Counted from the first letter of the stretch, positions 1 to 12,547 are shown. The stretch is DNA of 64,000 nt from Squalus acanthias (GCA_030390025.1 CM059431.1:125118001-125182000), one strand, 5' to 3'. Numbers and translations: made by a program. The notes: generated by a model not told the origin, from the sequence alone.

Positions 1-414
1 CCGGGGGGTGGGGGTGGGGGAAATTCAGAACACAGAAGGGACAAAGAAGACAGAACGGAAGAACAGACGAACAGAGGAAGCTGGCCAGTCTAAGTTTCGA
101 CCTACAACTTTTCTGCATTGATCACCCAGAGATAAAGGAGATTGTATGAAAATCGGACATAGAGCTTAGATATTGTTAAAGGGGTACTTTTATGGACGGT
201 TGACTTGGAATATAAATCACCCAGAGGTAGCGTGTAGATTGCTGGGAAGTATTTTTAATACGGGTAAATTGGGCGCATATTGATTGCGACGTACACTTGA
301 ATTTTGAACTGTAGTGTGAATAAAAACCAATTTTATTGATCACATACTTGTCTGTCATTGTTACGCTTATTCGTAATTCTCAAGGTCCGAACAGTAGTAA
401 GAGAAATGCTTACA
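1..414 (+). mobile_element. 3' part of an LTR (cut by window edge), inserted in an L2 fragment
   Basis: AATAAA at ~319; ends in GCTTACA at 414, like the other LTRs here; L2 sequence starts abruptly at 415. The 5' end and TSD are not visible. Confidence 0.55.
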
Positions 415-800
415 TGGTTAAGCAATGCCTCAATATTAAAATTCTCATCCTTGTTTTCAAATCCCTCCATGGCCTCACCCCTCCCCATCTCTGTAATCTC
501 CTCCAGCCCCACAAACCCCCGAGATATCTGTGCTCCTCTAATTCTGGCTTCTAGAGCAATCTGATTTTAATCGCTCAACCATTGGTGGCTATGCCTTCAG
601 CTGCCAAGTCCCTAAGCTCTGGAATTCCCTCCCTAAATCTCTCCATCTCTACCTCTTTGACTAAGCTTTTGATCATCTGACCTAATTTCTCCCTGTGTGG
701 CTCGGTGTTAAATTTAGTTTTATAAAACTCCTGTGAAGCGCCTTGTGACGTTCTACTGCTTTAAAGATGCTATGTTAATATAAGTTGTTGTGGTTGTTGC
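415..800 (+). mobile_element. L2-clade LINE 3' end
   Basis: Translates as VKQCLNIKILILVFKSLHGLTPPHLCNLL (L2 ORF2 C-terminus); ends in a GTT-repeat tail; related 3' end at ~49426-49817. Confidence 0.8.
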
Positions 801-869
801 TGAGTGAGTGGAGAGCTACATGAATAGGTGTTGCATAATGGTGCGACATCAATCGTTGATCAGTGAAAT

Positions 870-1012
870 CAGACTGATGGATTTTTGTTGGGTTAGGTTA
901 TGAAGGCATATGGAGCAATGGCAGGTGAATGGAGTTGAGGCACAGATCAACCAGGATCTCATTGAATGGCGGAGCATACCCGAGAGGCTGAATGGCCTCT
1001 TCTGTTCCTATA
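870..1012 (+). mobile_element. CR1 LINE 3' tail fragment
   Basis: GGAGTTGAGG..AGATCA.CC..GATCT.ATTGAATGG.GGAGCA..GAATGGCCT motif matches the CR1 tail at ~27320-27420. Confidence 0.7.
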
Positions 1013-1019
1013 TTCCTGT

Positions 1020-1380
1020 GAAAGTTTTTTGCAGGGGTGGACGCAGATGGAAATAGGTTGGAAGGTGGTGGGGGGTTACGGGTGATAAAATGAATGGTCA
1101 GAGATGGCCTTGTCAATGATTGCGACCATGCAAGCAGTGAGGAAAGGAGAGACGGCAACATAGAGGGGTGGACGTGATAGGTAGGGGAGTTTAAGGGACA
1201 ACAGGAGGGCAGTAAAATCGGAGGAGAAAGGACAAGGGGAGTTGAAATGCAAATTGAAATGACAAGGATGAGGAGTCACTGAGTGCAGAGGCTGAAGGAG
1301 CAAAGCAGGGAGGATATGTAGGTGAGAAATCTGAGGTGGTGGGCAATAGACAACAAAAATTTTAAAGGAGACAAGAGTGG
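1020..1380 (-). mobile_element. Decayed L2 endonuclease-region fragment
   Basis: Minus-strand translation contains FKIFVVYCPP and DKAISDH (APE endonuclease YRPP and SDH motifs). Confidence 0.55.
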
Positions 1381-1384
1381 AACA

Positions 1385-1480
1385 AATGTCACAATGTGCC
1401 ACTCTGATGTCACAACAGACCGCTCTGATGTCATAACGGGCCTCTCTGATGTCACAATGGGCTGCTCTGATGTCACAGCA
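1385..1480. repeat. 21-bp minisatellite (CTCTGATGTCA core), ~4.5 copies
   Basis: CTCTGATGTCA recurs at 21-bp spacing. Confidence 0.85.
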
Positions 1481-1931
1481 ATTTCCTGATTACATCATTA
1501 AGCAGCTTCAATCCCTGACACATGAAGATCCCAATTTGGGGCAATTTTGCGAGAAATGTTTGTCCTACACCCCCATTTCCACATCTTTTGTCACAAGTAC
1601 TTTGAGTGTCTGTGGTGCGATGGGTTCTTTATTAGGAACAAACAGCTGCTCAATCCAATATGGCTGCCAAGGGTTGGGAATGTTGCCTTGTCCGTATGGT
1701 CTGTATCTCAGGTCTGGGCCTTTACCCCCAGCACCCACCTTAAAGTGCCACAGAGAGCTGGCAGGGCTTATATGGGCACATGACCCAGGGCCACATCACA
1801 ACTGAGGGCTAATGTAACCTGGCCTCACAATGGAAACCATGATGACACAGAAACCCAGGGCTGGACAAAATACAGCAAAATGCTACAAACTGTGCATTTC
1901 TGCATGAAATGGATGTTGTGACAGAGATATC

Positions 1932-4900
1932 GGGCTCGATGTTGCCAGTGTGGGCAGGCTGGGGTGTGTTAGGTGGCATTTGTGTCAGGACCCCGACTCC
2001 GAAGTGAAGTGGGGAAAAAGTGCAATTTTCCCCAAATTGGGCAATTGATTTCCAACGTGTGGGAACCCCTGGCCCAATGAGTCTTTTCATACAGAAAGTC
2101 GCCTCCGATGACGTCATCAATGCTGCTGGATTTAAGGCCTGCAATCAGCCTTGCTTCGTCTGGAGACTGCAAACTTTATGGTGATTGTAGTAAGGAATTC
2201 ATTGATCGACTATCTCCACCAGCAGGCAAAAGTGTGCTCCACGCTTCGATGAGCCCTCCCTTCAAGCTCTGGTGGAGGGAGCAAGATCGAATAAGAAGAT
2301 GCTCTTCCCGTCCTCAGGGAGAAAAAAGCCACCCCAGCAGACTAAAGCTGTGTGGCTGCAAGTGGCCCAGGAGGTCAACTCCATATCGATGAGCCGCAGA
2401 ACCTGGCTGCAATGCAGGAAGAGGTTTCATGACCTTCTCCGCACAGGAAAATTGAGTATGACTTTCTCATCACCCTGAATCTGCTCCCCATCGCCTCTCC
2501 TCACCAGCACTCTGCTTTGCCAACCTCTTCCTCCACATCCCACTTGAAACTTACATCACTGCCCCCTAACCCATTGCCTCTCTCTCTATGATCACATTCA
2601 CTTAACTATTCAGCCATGCAGCCCTCACACTCCCTATCACGGTGATGCAATAACAACAACTTACAACACACAGGGAGGGCCCTTTGTCTCCTTCTAAGCA
2701 TCTATGCTATGGATTCTCTACACTCACTCCTTCATTCTCACTCAAACTCCACTTGTGTCCCTCATTGCAGGAAAAGCGAGACCAAAATAAGAGAGAAAGA
2801 GCCACGACAGAAGGAGGGCCACCCTCAGTAGCCCAGCTCACCGCCTGGGAGGAGACGGCCCTGGAAATCGCCGGGATCGAGGAGGATTCCCAAATTGGGG
2901 ACGGACAGACGGGCGCATCACAGCAAGCTGGTGACAGAATAGTTTGGCATCTCTCTCATTGATACTGCAAGAGTCACTGATAATGAATCTGATGCTCTAA
3001 CAGATTAACTTATGATCATCTGCACTATTCAATGTGCATGTAACCTTGATCTCACATCTCTAACTCTTTCCACAGGACCATCGAAAGCCCCCGTCCCCAC
3101 TGTCCAGGAGGAACAGCCTGAGCTTCCAGAGTCCTCAGAGGAAGCTGCAACCTCTGAGGGCGCAGCGTGAGCAGAATTCAGCGCACCCAGCACCAGCGCA
3201 GACACTCACACCTCGGTGGGACCTTCGCGAGATAGAGTAGTGTTGGCACTTGGTGTATCACAGCTTACAAGTGAGCATCAGCAGGTGGTGGAGACAGGGA
3301 CAGCAGTGGAGAGTCCTCATCGGAGTGCGCAGGACTCTGCCAGCTCAGCTAAGCTGCATGTCGACCGTGTGCCTCCGGGTCCATCCAGAAGGAGAGCAGT
3401 GCTGGAACTCCAGGAACAGGTGCAGGAGCCTCTGGCAGGTTTTGTCTCCAGGGTCGCTGCGAGTGTGGAGCGAATGGATGTGTCCATCGCGAACATGAGC
3501 AGAGCCTTTGTGGAGGCATTGATGCATGAACGCATCACCCCGGAAAGGATTGCAACCTCCGTGGAAAGGATGGCTAACTCCGTGGTAAGGCTGGCTACCA
3601 GAGAGGAGAGGATGGCTACGGTAGAGGAGAGGATGGCTACGGCCATGGAGGAGCTTAGTCGCCAGGGTCTTGAAAACATGGTCATTGTTCAGAATAGAAT
3701 GACATCTCTTGAGGAGCGATGGTCAGCTATTGAGCATAGAAACCAGACCTTCATGGAAGTCCTCTGGAGTGGGACTTCCAGTGCAGAAACGGGTCCTCAT
3801 GGCCCCTCTGAAGTGCAGCAAGGTGCTGTCAAGCCACTTGCTAGCTCTGAAGTGGGGCTGACCCATGAGAGGGATGTTGGTGGCAGACAACAAGAAAGTG
3901 GGGGCTCCTCTCCAAGCGCTCACACGACCATGCCACTGCAAAGCCCTCGGTCAGAGCCCCACCAGAGTCCTCACCCAACTGAGATGGGCATCTCAGCCCT
4001 TGCACAGCCACAGGAGCAGCAGACTGTTGCCAAGCCCTTACAGGTTCACAACTCCAGAGGTCGCCCGCCAAAGGTGTCTAGACAGGAGCAGCAAGAAAGA
4101 GGGCAAGGGGCCTCCACATCTGCTGAAGCCACAGGGGAAGCACCACGTAGGAGCACGCGTAAGAGGAAGATAATGCACAAGTAGTCACAAGGGTAGTCAC
4201 TTGGGTGCTGTGATGTATTGTATTTGGACCAGCCATCCTTGTCATGGTATCATAAACAGATTTGAGGGCAAACTGTTGAAGTTGTGGCCTGTGTCATTTT
4301 GCAAATGGGTCTTGCACATTGAGGTTTTAGGGCGCCTTGCAATTGTCAGTATGGTGGTCAGAGTGATAGGAATCCACAGGTTCTTGTCCATTGTCGATGC
4401 TCTGGTAAGAAGGTGTGAGACAAAAGTGTTTGATTGTGCAGGCTAAGCAAATCTGGCCAACATGAGTGCGTCCCTTGCATCGCGGGCAGCAATGTGGTCG
4501 CGCTCAGACGCCATCTGGCCTGTGCAGTTTCAGGTGGGTGAGCAGCAGCTTGGTGCTCCTGTTGTTGCTGCTGCTGTTGGTGCTGCTGTTGTTCTGGGTT
4601 CTGCTGCTGCTGCGGCTGGTCTACATCTGAATCTGATGTCCAGGAGGAAAGGAAATAAATGGTTCCCATGCTTCTGCTATATGCCTCAGTTGAGGAAGCG
4701 CTCAGTCAAGATGGGGAGAGGAGTTTCCCAGGAGGTCAGACTGGAGATGGGTCTCAGGTTCCAAACTTCCACAACAATGAGTAGGCCTGCTAAAAGTTCC
4801 CCCAGACATGAGATAATAAAGTTCAGCCAATGATGATTGCTGAAACCTCCTTTTTAATGGTGGAGGTGCAGCTGTTTGTAAGCAATCCACTTGTGAGGTC

Positions 4901-5192
4901 GCCAGGATTACCTGGCGTGTTCCAGAGGAGGCGTGTAGGATGGGGGAAATGTCTAAAAATCAGAAAGGCCTCTCAAAATTAGATTATAGATGCAATTAAG
5001 TGGTTGTTAAGGGCCTTAAGGGTCTATCCCGCCTCTTGGAGGCGGGATGGAAACGGGGTCTGAACCCTCGATTCTGGGAAAATTGCTCGGAGGCGGGATG
5101 GAGGCAGGATCGGGCCCCCACGCCATTTTTTGCGATTTTAACACTGCACACTCCTCCAATCCCGCCTTCTCGGGCCTGGCAAAATCGAGCCC
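1932..5192 (+). mobile_element. PIF/Harbinger-type DNA transposon, non-autonomous (Myb/SANT gene retained, no intact transposase)
   Basis: Inverted termini GGGCTCGATGTTGCCAG (1932) and CTGGCAAAATCGAGCCC (5192); internal Myb/SANT gene. The 3-bp flanks ATC and AAA do not match. Confidence 0.8.
2225..4184 (+). pseudogene. Harbinger Myb/SANT (trihelix-like) DNA-binding protein gene, 3 exons (~2225-2451, 2771-2930, 3076-4184)
   Basis: APRFDEPSLQALVE...WLQVAQEVNSISMSRRTWLQCRKRFHDL; AG acceptors at 2770 and 3075; first donor mutated (TTGAGT at 2452); in-frame TGA early in exon 3. Confidence 0.8.
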
Positions 5193-5784
5193 AAAGTGTC
5201 TCGAGCTAAAATCACAAATGGACAACCTGCTTAACAAGCTCCACCAGCAGATTGGTGTTTCGCTGGAGTCTACTGATGATCTTGCTGTGAAGAACCAGAC
5301 TGAGATCCTTCGCTGTTTCAGAGTTCTGTCCCCAGCTTATGCAGACAAATTGGTGGAATTTCTCCTATCTCAGTTAGAGAATGCTGACCAACAAATGAGA
5401 GTAGGAACACTCACCGTACTAAAGCTCCTCATCACATCGGTCTCATCGCACTTGGAGAGGAAGAAGGCTCAGATTGTGACTGCAATAAAACCAGTCCTTC
5501 TCGACAAGAGTAGCAATCAGGAGAAGAAGCTCATTGCCCAGGTAATATGTGTCATGGCCCAGCAAGGTTACCTTGATCACAAGGGCAGAAAGGCAATGGT
5601 GCAATTCCTCATCCAACAGTGTGCGGCATCCGTTGGTTCAGGGGGCCTGGTACCACCCAATCATCAGCCAGACCAAGTAACAGATGAAGAATTAGTCACA
5701 CTGTGTGAAAGAGTGATGTGTTTGATCACAACTGCAGTGAAGATGGAGGATGTCCTTTGACCATCCTTACTGGAGTTTGTCACT

Positions 5785-7494
5785 ATGACCCAGTACACCA
5801 AGGCTTTAACAATAATCTGCAGTTGTTCAGCACATATTGAGAAAAAGAAACTGCGAACCGGTAGTGAAAGATTTTCCCTTACTTACAATGAAGATGCCAA
5901 GATCAAGACCTTCGATCCAGACCTTCAAAGCATCCTACGCGCTCTCATCCCACGTACTCCCCGCGTGGGAGACTTCTACTGCCTCCCAAAGATACACAAA
6001 GCCAACACACCCGGACGTCCCATCGTATCAGGCAACGGAACCCTGTGTGAGAACCTCTCTGGATACGTCGAGGGCATCCTGAAACCCATCGTACAGGGAA
6101 ACCCCAGCTTCTGTCGCGACACTACAGACTTCCTACAGAAACTCAGCACCCACGGACCAGTTGAACCAGGAACACTCCTCGCCACGATGGACGTCTCGGC
6201 ACTCTACACCAGTATCCCCCACGATGACGGCATCGCTGCGACAGCCTCAGTTCTCAACACCAACAACAGCCAATCTCCAGACGCCATCCTACAACTCATC
6301 CGCTTCATCCTTGACCACAATGTCTTCACCTTCGACAGCCAGTTTTTTACCCAAACACACGGAACAGCCGTGGGGACCAAATTCGCACCCCAATACGCCA
6401 ACATCTTCATGCACAAGTTCGAGCAAGACTTCTTCGCTGCACAGGACCTCCAACCAACGCTATACACCAGATACATCGACGACATTTTCTTCCTATGGAC
6501 CCACGGCGAAGAATCACTGAAAAGACTACACGATAACATCAACAAGTTCCATCCCACCATCAAACTCACCATGGACTACTCCTCAGAATCGGTTTCATTC
6601 TTGGACACACGAATCTCCATCAAAGACGGACACCTCAGCACTTCACTCTACCGCAAGCCCACGGACAACCTCACAATGCTCCACTTCTCCAGCTTCCACC
6701 GTAACGTTAAAGAAGCCATCCCCTATGGACAAGCCTTGCGAATACACAGGATCTGCTCAGACGAAGAGGAACGCGATGGACACCTACAGATGCTGAAAGA
6801 CGCCCTCGTAAGAACGGGATATGACACTCGACTCGTCGATCGACAGTTCCAACGGGCCACAGTGAAAAATCGCATGGACCTCCTCAGAAGACGAACACGG
6901 GACACAACCAACAGAGTACCCTACGTCGTCCAGTACTTCCCCGGAGCGGAGAAACTACGCCATGTTCTTCGCAACCTTCAACATGTCATCGATGACGACG
7001 AATACCTCGCTAAGGCCATCCCCACGCCCCCACTACTCACCTTCAAACAGCCGCCTAACCTCAAACAGAGCATCGTTCGCAGCAAATTACCCAGCTTTCA
7101 GGAGAACAGCGACCACGACACCACACAACCCTGCCACGGCAACCTCTGCAAGACATGCCAGATCATCAACACAGATACCATCATCACACGTGAGGACACC
7201 ACCCACCAGGTACATGGTACATACTCATGTGACTCGGCCAATGTTGTCTACCTCATACGTTGCAGGAAAGGATGCCCCGGAGCATGGTACATCGGTGAGA
7301 CCATGCAGACACTGCGACAATGTATGAACCGTCACCGCGCAACAATCGCCAGGCAGGAGTGTTCCCTCTCAGTCGGGGAACACTTCAGCAGTCAAGGACA
7401 TTCAGCCTCCGATCTTCGGGTAAGCGTTCTCCAAGGCGGCCTTCGAGATACACGACAACGCAAAATCATCGAGCAGAAACTGATAGCCAAGTAA
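5785..7494 (+). CDS. 569-aa ORF: ~39 aa of MROH sequence fused to PLE reverse transcriptase + GIY-YIG endonuclease
   Basis: Uninterrupted ORF; stop at 7492-7494 looks premature because RTHEDGLNRDLGFMSRYM* continues in frame. Confidence 0.7.
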   Translation: MTQYTKALTIICSCSAHIEKKKLRTGSERFSLTYNEDAKIKTFDPDLQSILRALIPRTPRVGDFYCLPKIHKANTPGRPIVSGNGTLCENLSGYVEGILKPIVQGNPSFCRDTTDFLQKLSTHGPVEPGTLLATMDVSALYTSIPHDDGIAATASVLNTNNSQSPDAILQLIRFILDHNVFTFDSQFFTQTHGTAVGTKFAPQYANIFMHKFEQDFFAAQDLQPTLYTRYIDDIFFLWTHGEESLKRLHDNINKFHPTIKLTMDYSSESVSFLDTRISIKDGHLSTSLYRKPTDNLTMLHFSSFHRNVKEAIPYGQALRIHRICSDEEERDGHLQMLKDALVRTGYDTRLVDRQFQRATVKNRMDLLRRRTRDTTNRVPYVVQYFPGAEKLRHVLRNLQHVIDDDEYLAKAIPTPPLLTFKQPPNLKQSIVRSKLPSFQENSDHDTTQPCHGNLCKTCQIINTDTIITREDTTHQVHGTYSCDSANVVYLIRCRKGCPGAWYIGETMQTLRQCMNRHRATIARQECSLSVGEHFSSQGHSASDLRVSVLQGGLRDTRQRKIIEQKLIAK

Positions 7495-7944
7495 CGCACC
7501 CATGAGGACGGCCTCAACCGGGATCTTGGGTTCATGTCACGCTACATGTAACCCCACCTGACGTAGAGTCATCCAGACTCGAGTCGTCGTTGGCTTGTTC
7601 TCTCTACACAGATGTGGCCAGACCTGCTGTGATTTCCAGCAAAAAAAGTTTTTTGTTTTCCATACAGACCCCAGCATCTGCCACATTGTCTTCGATGTAA
7701 TGTTTTCCTGACTGACCTGGTTGGACACCATCCACACCTTTAATTGCCGTGATTATCTCTCTGCCGAGGTGTGATAAAGGGCAGTTGGAAAGATTAACTG
7801 TAATCATCTGGCAGTGTTCTCTGACTATTTATGCTGTGACTATATGCATCTCTTCACTTCACCTGATGAAGGAGCAGCGCTCCGAAAGCTTGTGATTCAA
7901 ATAAAGCTGTTGGACTATAACCTGGTGTTGTGCGACTTTTCACA
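5901..7944 (+). mobile_element. Penelope-like element (Neptune-type), 5'-truncated, with 3' pseudo-LTR
   Basis: FYCLPKIHK..GRPIVS, RT YTRYIDDIFFLW, Cys linker PCHGNLCKTC, GIY-YIG NVVYLIRC..WYIGET; MROH codons DA|NLPK rejoin across the insertion. Confidence 0.93.
7859..7895 (+). ncRNA. Minimal type I hammerhead ribozyme in PLE pseudo-LTR
   Basis: TCAC-CTGATGA-A-GGAGC AGC GCTCC-GAAA-GCTT-GTGA: intact core, stem I, stem II and palindromic AAGCTT stem III. Confidence 0.8.
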
Positions 7945-9509
7945 AATCTCCCTAAAGCCTAGGCACTGCTGACCTGGCTCCTCACTATGTCTTGTTGCCC
8001 ATATCAGGTGGAGGCTGCGGCATGAGTTTCCTGAAAGTCCTAAGTCTCAATGTCCACTCAGAATCAGTGAGGTGGTGGGAAAACGAGCTAGCGCCATTAG
8101 TTGACCATTTACTTGAAAATTCAGAGGAGTCTCTGTCCCAATCGGAATGGGAGAATAAATTATTGGCGGTATTGTGCCTAGCTTTAAATACAATTGATGT
8201 CGAAGAATGGGCATGTCAGTTCGCTAACGAAATATCAAAACAACTCAACACCAACCATCATTCCCCACAAGAGAAGGGCTTTCTATATAAATCTCTTGGA
8301 TCAGTGCTCCGCCAGACCCACACTAGGAACGTAAGGGAGGAGCGTCACCAAATGCTACTGAGTGTGCAGCACAGTAAGTGTGCGGAGAGTGATGGAGCCA
8401 TTTGTTTCTGTGCCATGGCACATTTTGATGATACGCTCAGTAGCCTGGAGGAGTTTGCTAACGCCAAGGGTCAAGGCTGATGAGGAATCGGATAAAGTCA
8501 AGAGCACACTGGTTCTGTGCTATGGGAACATGGCAGTCTGCGCACCTGAAGAACTGCTGTTCACAATCGAGAGCTACATTCTGCCAGCTCTTAGTTATTT
8601 AACTACAAGTGGGCAGGGGATAAAGGCTGAATCCAGGGATCTCACACTAAAGCTCAGCCTAATACAGACCATGACTCAGATAGCCAGATCCCTACATATA
8701 AATCACTGGAGACTTCCCATCAACTTTATCAGAAACAGAGTGTTGCTCACGTACATGCAAGATCTTATCAAGGCCGAGCCACCAGAACTGCTGCAGAGCC
8801 TTGTTCGATAGTTAGCCATGGACGCCTGCACGCATCTCGTGAAACTACACAATGAACCAATCCAAGCTGACACCTGCCAATTGATTCAAAGCTGCCTGAT
8901 TAGTACTTTCGGCTTGGTACCTCCAGAACTGAACAATGACGAGGACACAAATGATAATACAAAGGAGACGGCCACACTTTATACCCAAACCACAGATTCT
9001 CTGCAAAATCTTCTGAAGCAAGTATTACTTCAGGACCTGTCCCCTCAAGGACTTAAGGCCATTTTCAAACACGTAGAAGCCTGGATCAACAAAAGACTAT
9101 GAAAGAGAGAGAGCCATAGATGACCTGGGAGCTTCTGAAACTTTACTGGAGGAAGCTCAATGTTAGTGATGTAGTGCCTGGAAATAACACGGGGACTCTG
9201 ATTGGGTGACTGATGCCGCGCTGTGCAGACCCATCGCTTCCCGTTCAGCAGATGGCCCTGGACTCTTTGTACATAATCCTGATTATTCATTTGTCATGTG
9301 AAGGCACCAATTTAGTTCAGCAAACGGAGCAGTTAGAGGGACTGAAAAAAGTCAGAGAACAGTTGGTTAACACTGACAATTCAGTCCTCTTTAACTCATG
9401 CTCTCAAATCACAGAGGTCATTTCCAAATGTTTGCCCCATGACCAGCTGGGCAACTTACTCTTCATGGTCTTCAAAGGACTGTCCGACCAACACCCCAGC
9501 TGTCCCAAT

Positions 9510-10945
9510 TGTAGAGTTTCGCAATTATCGCGATTCTAATAATGTGAGAGAAGCAGGTTCAATTGTACATTTTTATTGAACGAAAGGCTGCTTTTAATAA
9601 AAGGGTACAGCAGCCTGTAAAATGGCCACCGAGCATCATGACAGACATTTCCAGAACATAGTGAGCAGACAAGATGGCGCTGAATATACATTCATAATGA
9701 AACATGCACGGTATAGATTGGGAAGGCAGGATGCAACCCATTTACGTTTTGGACAAAAACAATGATGTAAGTGCTTGAATCGTTTCAAATGCACGGTGAG
9801 AATCATTGCACTGGACAATCGGTGGCCCATCCAGACACATCAATACACAAATACCACCCAGCTCAACAATGAGAGAGACATTGATGGGTGATTGGGCCAG
9901 TTTCAGGTGATCCCGAAACCAGTTGAGGAGACGATTATACACATCCTACCTAGCTCAACAATGAAGAAGACATTAACGGGTAGTTGGCCAGTTTCGGGTG
10001 ATCCCGAAACCAGTTGAAAAGACAATTACCCCATACCGAGAACTTTGGGCGCCAAAATTAAACAAAAGACAGCATCTTGATTTGAGCGGGAGATAAGGCC
10101 CGTCCAAACAGTATAACTATAGAGGACGAATGTTCATCGGGAGTGAGGTTGAGTTACAGATTGGAAGAGTCTTGGTCTTGCAGTCTTGTGCGTGTCCTGC
10201 CCACGGTGCTGTGCTGGTCCGGTGTTCGAGTGTTGGGTGGAGTTCGGGTTCGAGTTCGTTGTTCGTGGTCCATGTCGGCCAGAAACGGAACCTCAGAACG
10301 AGCCACCTCGACACGGCAGCCAGTAGGGTACACCATCCCGATCGTCGGTAAACGGTGTCCGGATCCATCAGGGCAACGCAGTGGTGTGTTCCCGAACGAC
10401 CAGCCGCCGGTAGCGAAGAAGACAGGAATCTCGGCCGAGCGAGGCCCTTACAGCACGTGACAGCCAGGCGCTGCAGCGAAAGGCTGCGAGCCTCATTTTA
10501 AATTCCGAAGTAACCCGAGTGGTGAGCATGTTTACCGATCCTACAAATCCAGACTTAGTTTAGGTATTGTAAGGGAGGGTGGTTCCTAAGGTTAATGTGT
10601 AATGTGTTACCCCCTTTACGATGTGCCGTGTGTTCCCCATTTGTATAGACCAAGTTTTATAGACGTGTGTATACTTGTAATTTCTTTGATCTGCGCATAT
10701 GACATGTATTTCATTATTTTGGACACCGTACAATAAAGGCATTCATTTCGTGTTATTCAACCAGGTCTATTTGAGTCTTTCTCTGCATTACTGCTCCTTT
10801 GCATCTATGTCCAGGTGTCAGAACCGTAACGGCGAGTGGGTCGAACCACTCACAGGTGATTATTGCAAAAAGTCTGGCCGGAGACCAGAGCAAGCAATAG
10901 CAAAGAATCACAGGCAACGAAAGCCTCACCTCACCCCCCCTTACA
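9510..10945 (+). mobile_element. Solo LTR, long family A (1436 bp)
   Basis: TGTA...TACA termini; CAAT TSD (9506-9509, 10946-10949); removing it restores MROH CPN|AAAV; TATAA ~10113, AATAAA ~10732. Orientation is inferred from these signals. Confidence 0.9.
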
Positions 10946-12547
10946 CAATGCAGCCGCTGTTCTCATGCAAACTACCATTAAACTACGAGGCAGTGAACTT
11001 GGGGACCAGGTCTCGGAGATAATTGAAGTGCTGAGACTTGAATTGCAATCAATTCCTTACGAGCAGGTGAAACTTTCAGTTCTGCGTAGTGTCTCCGTTC
11101 TGGCGTCACACAACACAGCAACAGTTGTGTCCTGTCTCCTCACCTACCCCGTCCCTTTGGACAAGTATGTCAGTGACATGTGGCGATCACTGGCTGAGGA
11201 CACAGAATGTGCCATGAGAACAATGGGAGAGCTGCTTGACACACTGAAAAAGCAGTTTCCATTTGGGATGAGCAGAACCTGTCCCGTCAATGAGAATGCG
11301 CCAGAGTATTCAGCCCTTGAATCCCTGGCGGCCATCTGTGGGCTGAGACAGATGATCACTAAGCCCGAGTCGGTAAAGGCGGTGACTGTATTATTCCCGC
11401 AGTTATTCAGCACCCTGCTCATTCATTGCAACTCTTCCATTCTTATTTCTCTGCTCAATAGTTTTGCTCCTAGTGATAAATTCAACCAGAGACAATTCTC
11501 AGCTGCGTTTGAAACACCTAAATGTAGAGATCTGTGAGTGAACTGTGTGAGGACACTAAAGGACCTGCTAGCTCGGAGAAACAATAAAGAAGTAGCTACT
11601 TACATGGTGAAGAGTGGAGGATGAGACCAGATGAAGAACCTCTGCATATTTGACAAGGGGGTTGTCTTGCTGGCCAGAGCAATGGTGCGATTTGCTGGCA
11701 CCAGCCTGCCTGGCATTGTGGAAGAGTTGGCAGCTCAGGTCCATACCATCCAAGAGTGTCAGGCAGTCACCGTGGCTTCTTTCTTTGGAGAGCTATTAAA
11801 ATCTCCACTGGTTTCACAGCTGCAGCTCACAGACACTCTGGTGAGCACATTGCTAAGGTGTTTGCGTGATGCTTGTCCAGTTGCCCAGTTGCTGCGTGTC
11901 AGGGGCCTGGGCAACATTACTGGTCTCATCAAGTGATGGGCACAATGCTGAGTCTGCTGGGGACCAAGGAGAACCAAGAGGAAGTGCTAACATTTGAGGT
12001 GCTGTCATGCCTCTCGAAGAACATAACTAAATTGAGAGGGAGCGCAATCCAACCCTTTGTAAAGAAAATCCTCACCAACACTCAACCACTCTTTGATGTC
12101 GAATGTGATCTAGTGTGGGCTGAAGCGATCAGCATGTTGGGGAACTTGACCAAATGTGGAATCGGAGCTTCCAGATCCTTCTTCTACCGACTGATCCATT
12201 CCAACCTTGTGCGTTTGTTGCTGCACCTGGATGGAAAGAGTGAGGAGGTCACCAGGTCTTGCAGCTCAACACTGCTCAACTTTACTTCTCCGATCCGCCC
12301 GGAGGCTCACCTGGTGGAACAGCTGCCGAAGGAACTGTTGCTGTCGCCGTCAGAATGAAGCCTAAACACACAGGCCCGATCCTCCTCTGCCTCCTCGTCT
12401 TTGCATCAAACTGATCAATTTTCCAACATGACTTGTAAATATGTAAATTCATGAATTGTAAATAAATAGATATCCTGTTGTTGCAACTCTCGGTCGATCT
12501 GCAAACGGTGCAGGTTCCACGGTTGTGTGACTGGAAGAGTGTAAACA

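Larger units (their letters stand above)
5193..12358 (+). pseudogene. Processed (intronless) MROH / maestro HEAT-like repeat pseudogene; segments 5193-5900, 7945-9509, 10946-12358
   Basis: KNQTEILRCFRVL..KLVEFLL..RVGTLTVLKLLI..AQVICVMAQQGYL, KGFLYKSLG, KVKSTLVLCYG, PRCADPSLPVQQMALD and RGLGNI resemble MROH1-family motifs; many stops and frameshifts; no introns in ~3.7 kb. Confidence 0.85.

Noticed and set aside
1385..1480. Conserved core with variable linkers, resembling a repeat-spacer array
   Set aside because: 21-bp period with linkers related to each other; an ordinary minisatellite
5047..5192. N-terminus of the 237-aa ORF as the MROH start
   Set aside because: The first ~49 codons come from the Harbinger subterminal region and TIR
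10117..10460. Short ORFs inside family A LTRs as viral accessory genes
   Set aside because: Frames and lengths are not conserved among the three LTR copies
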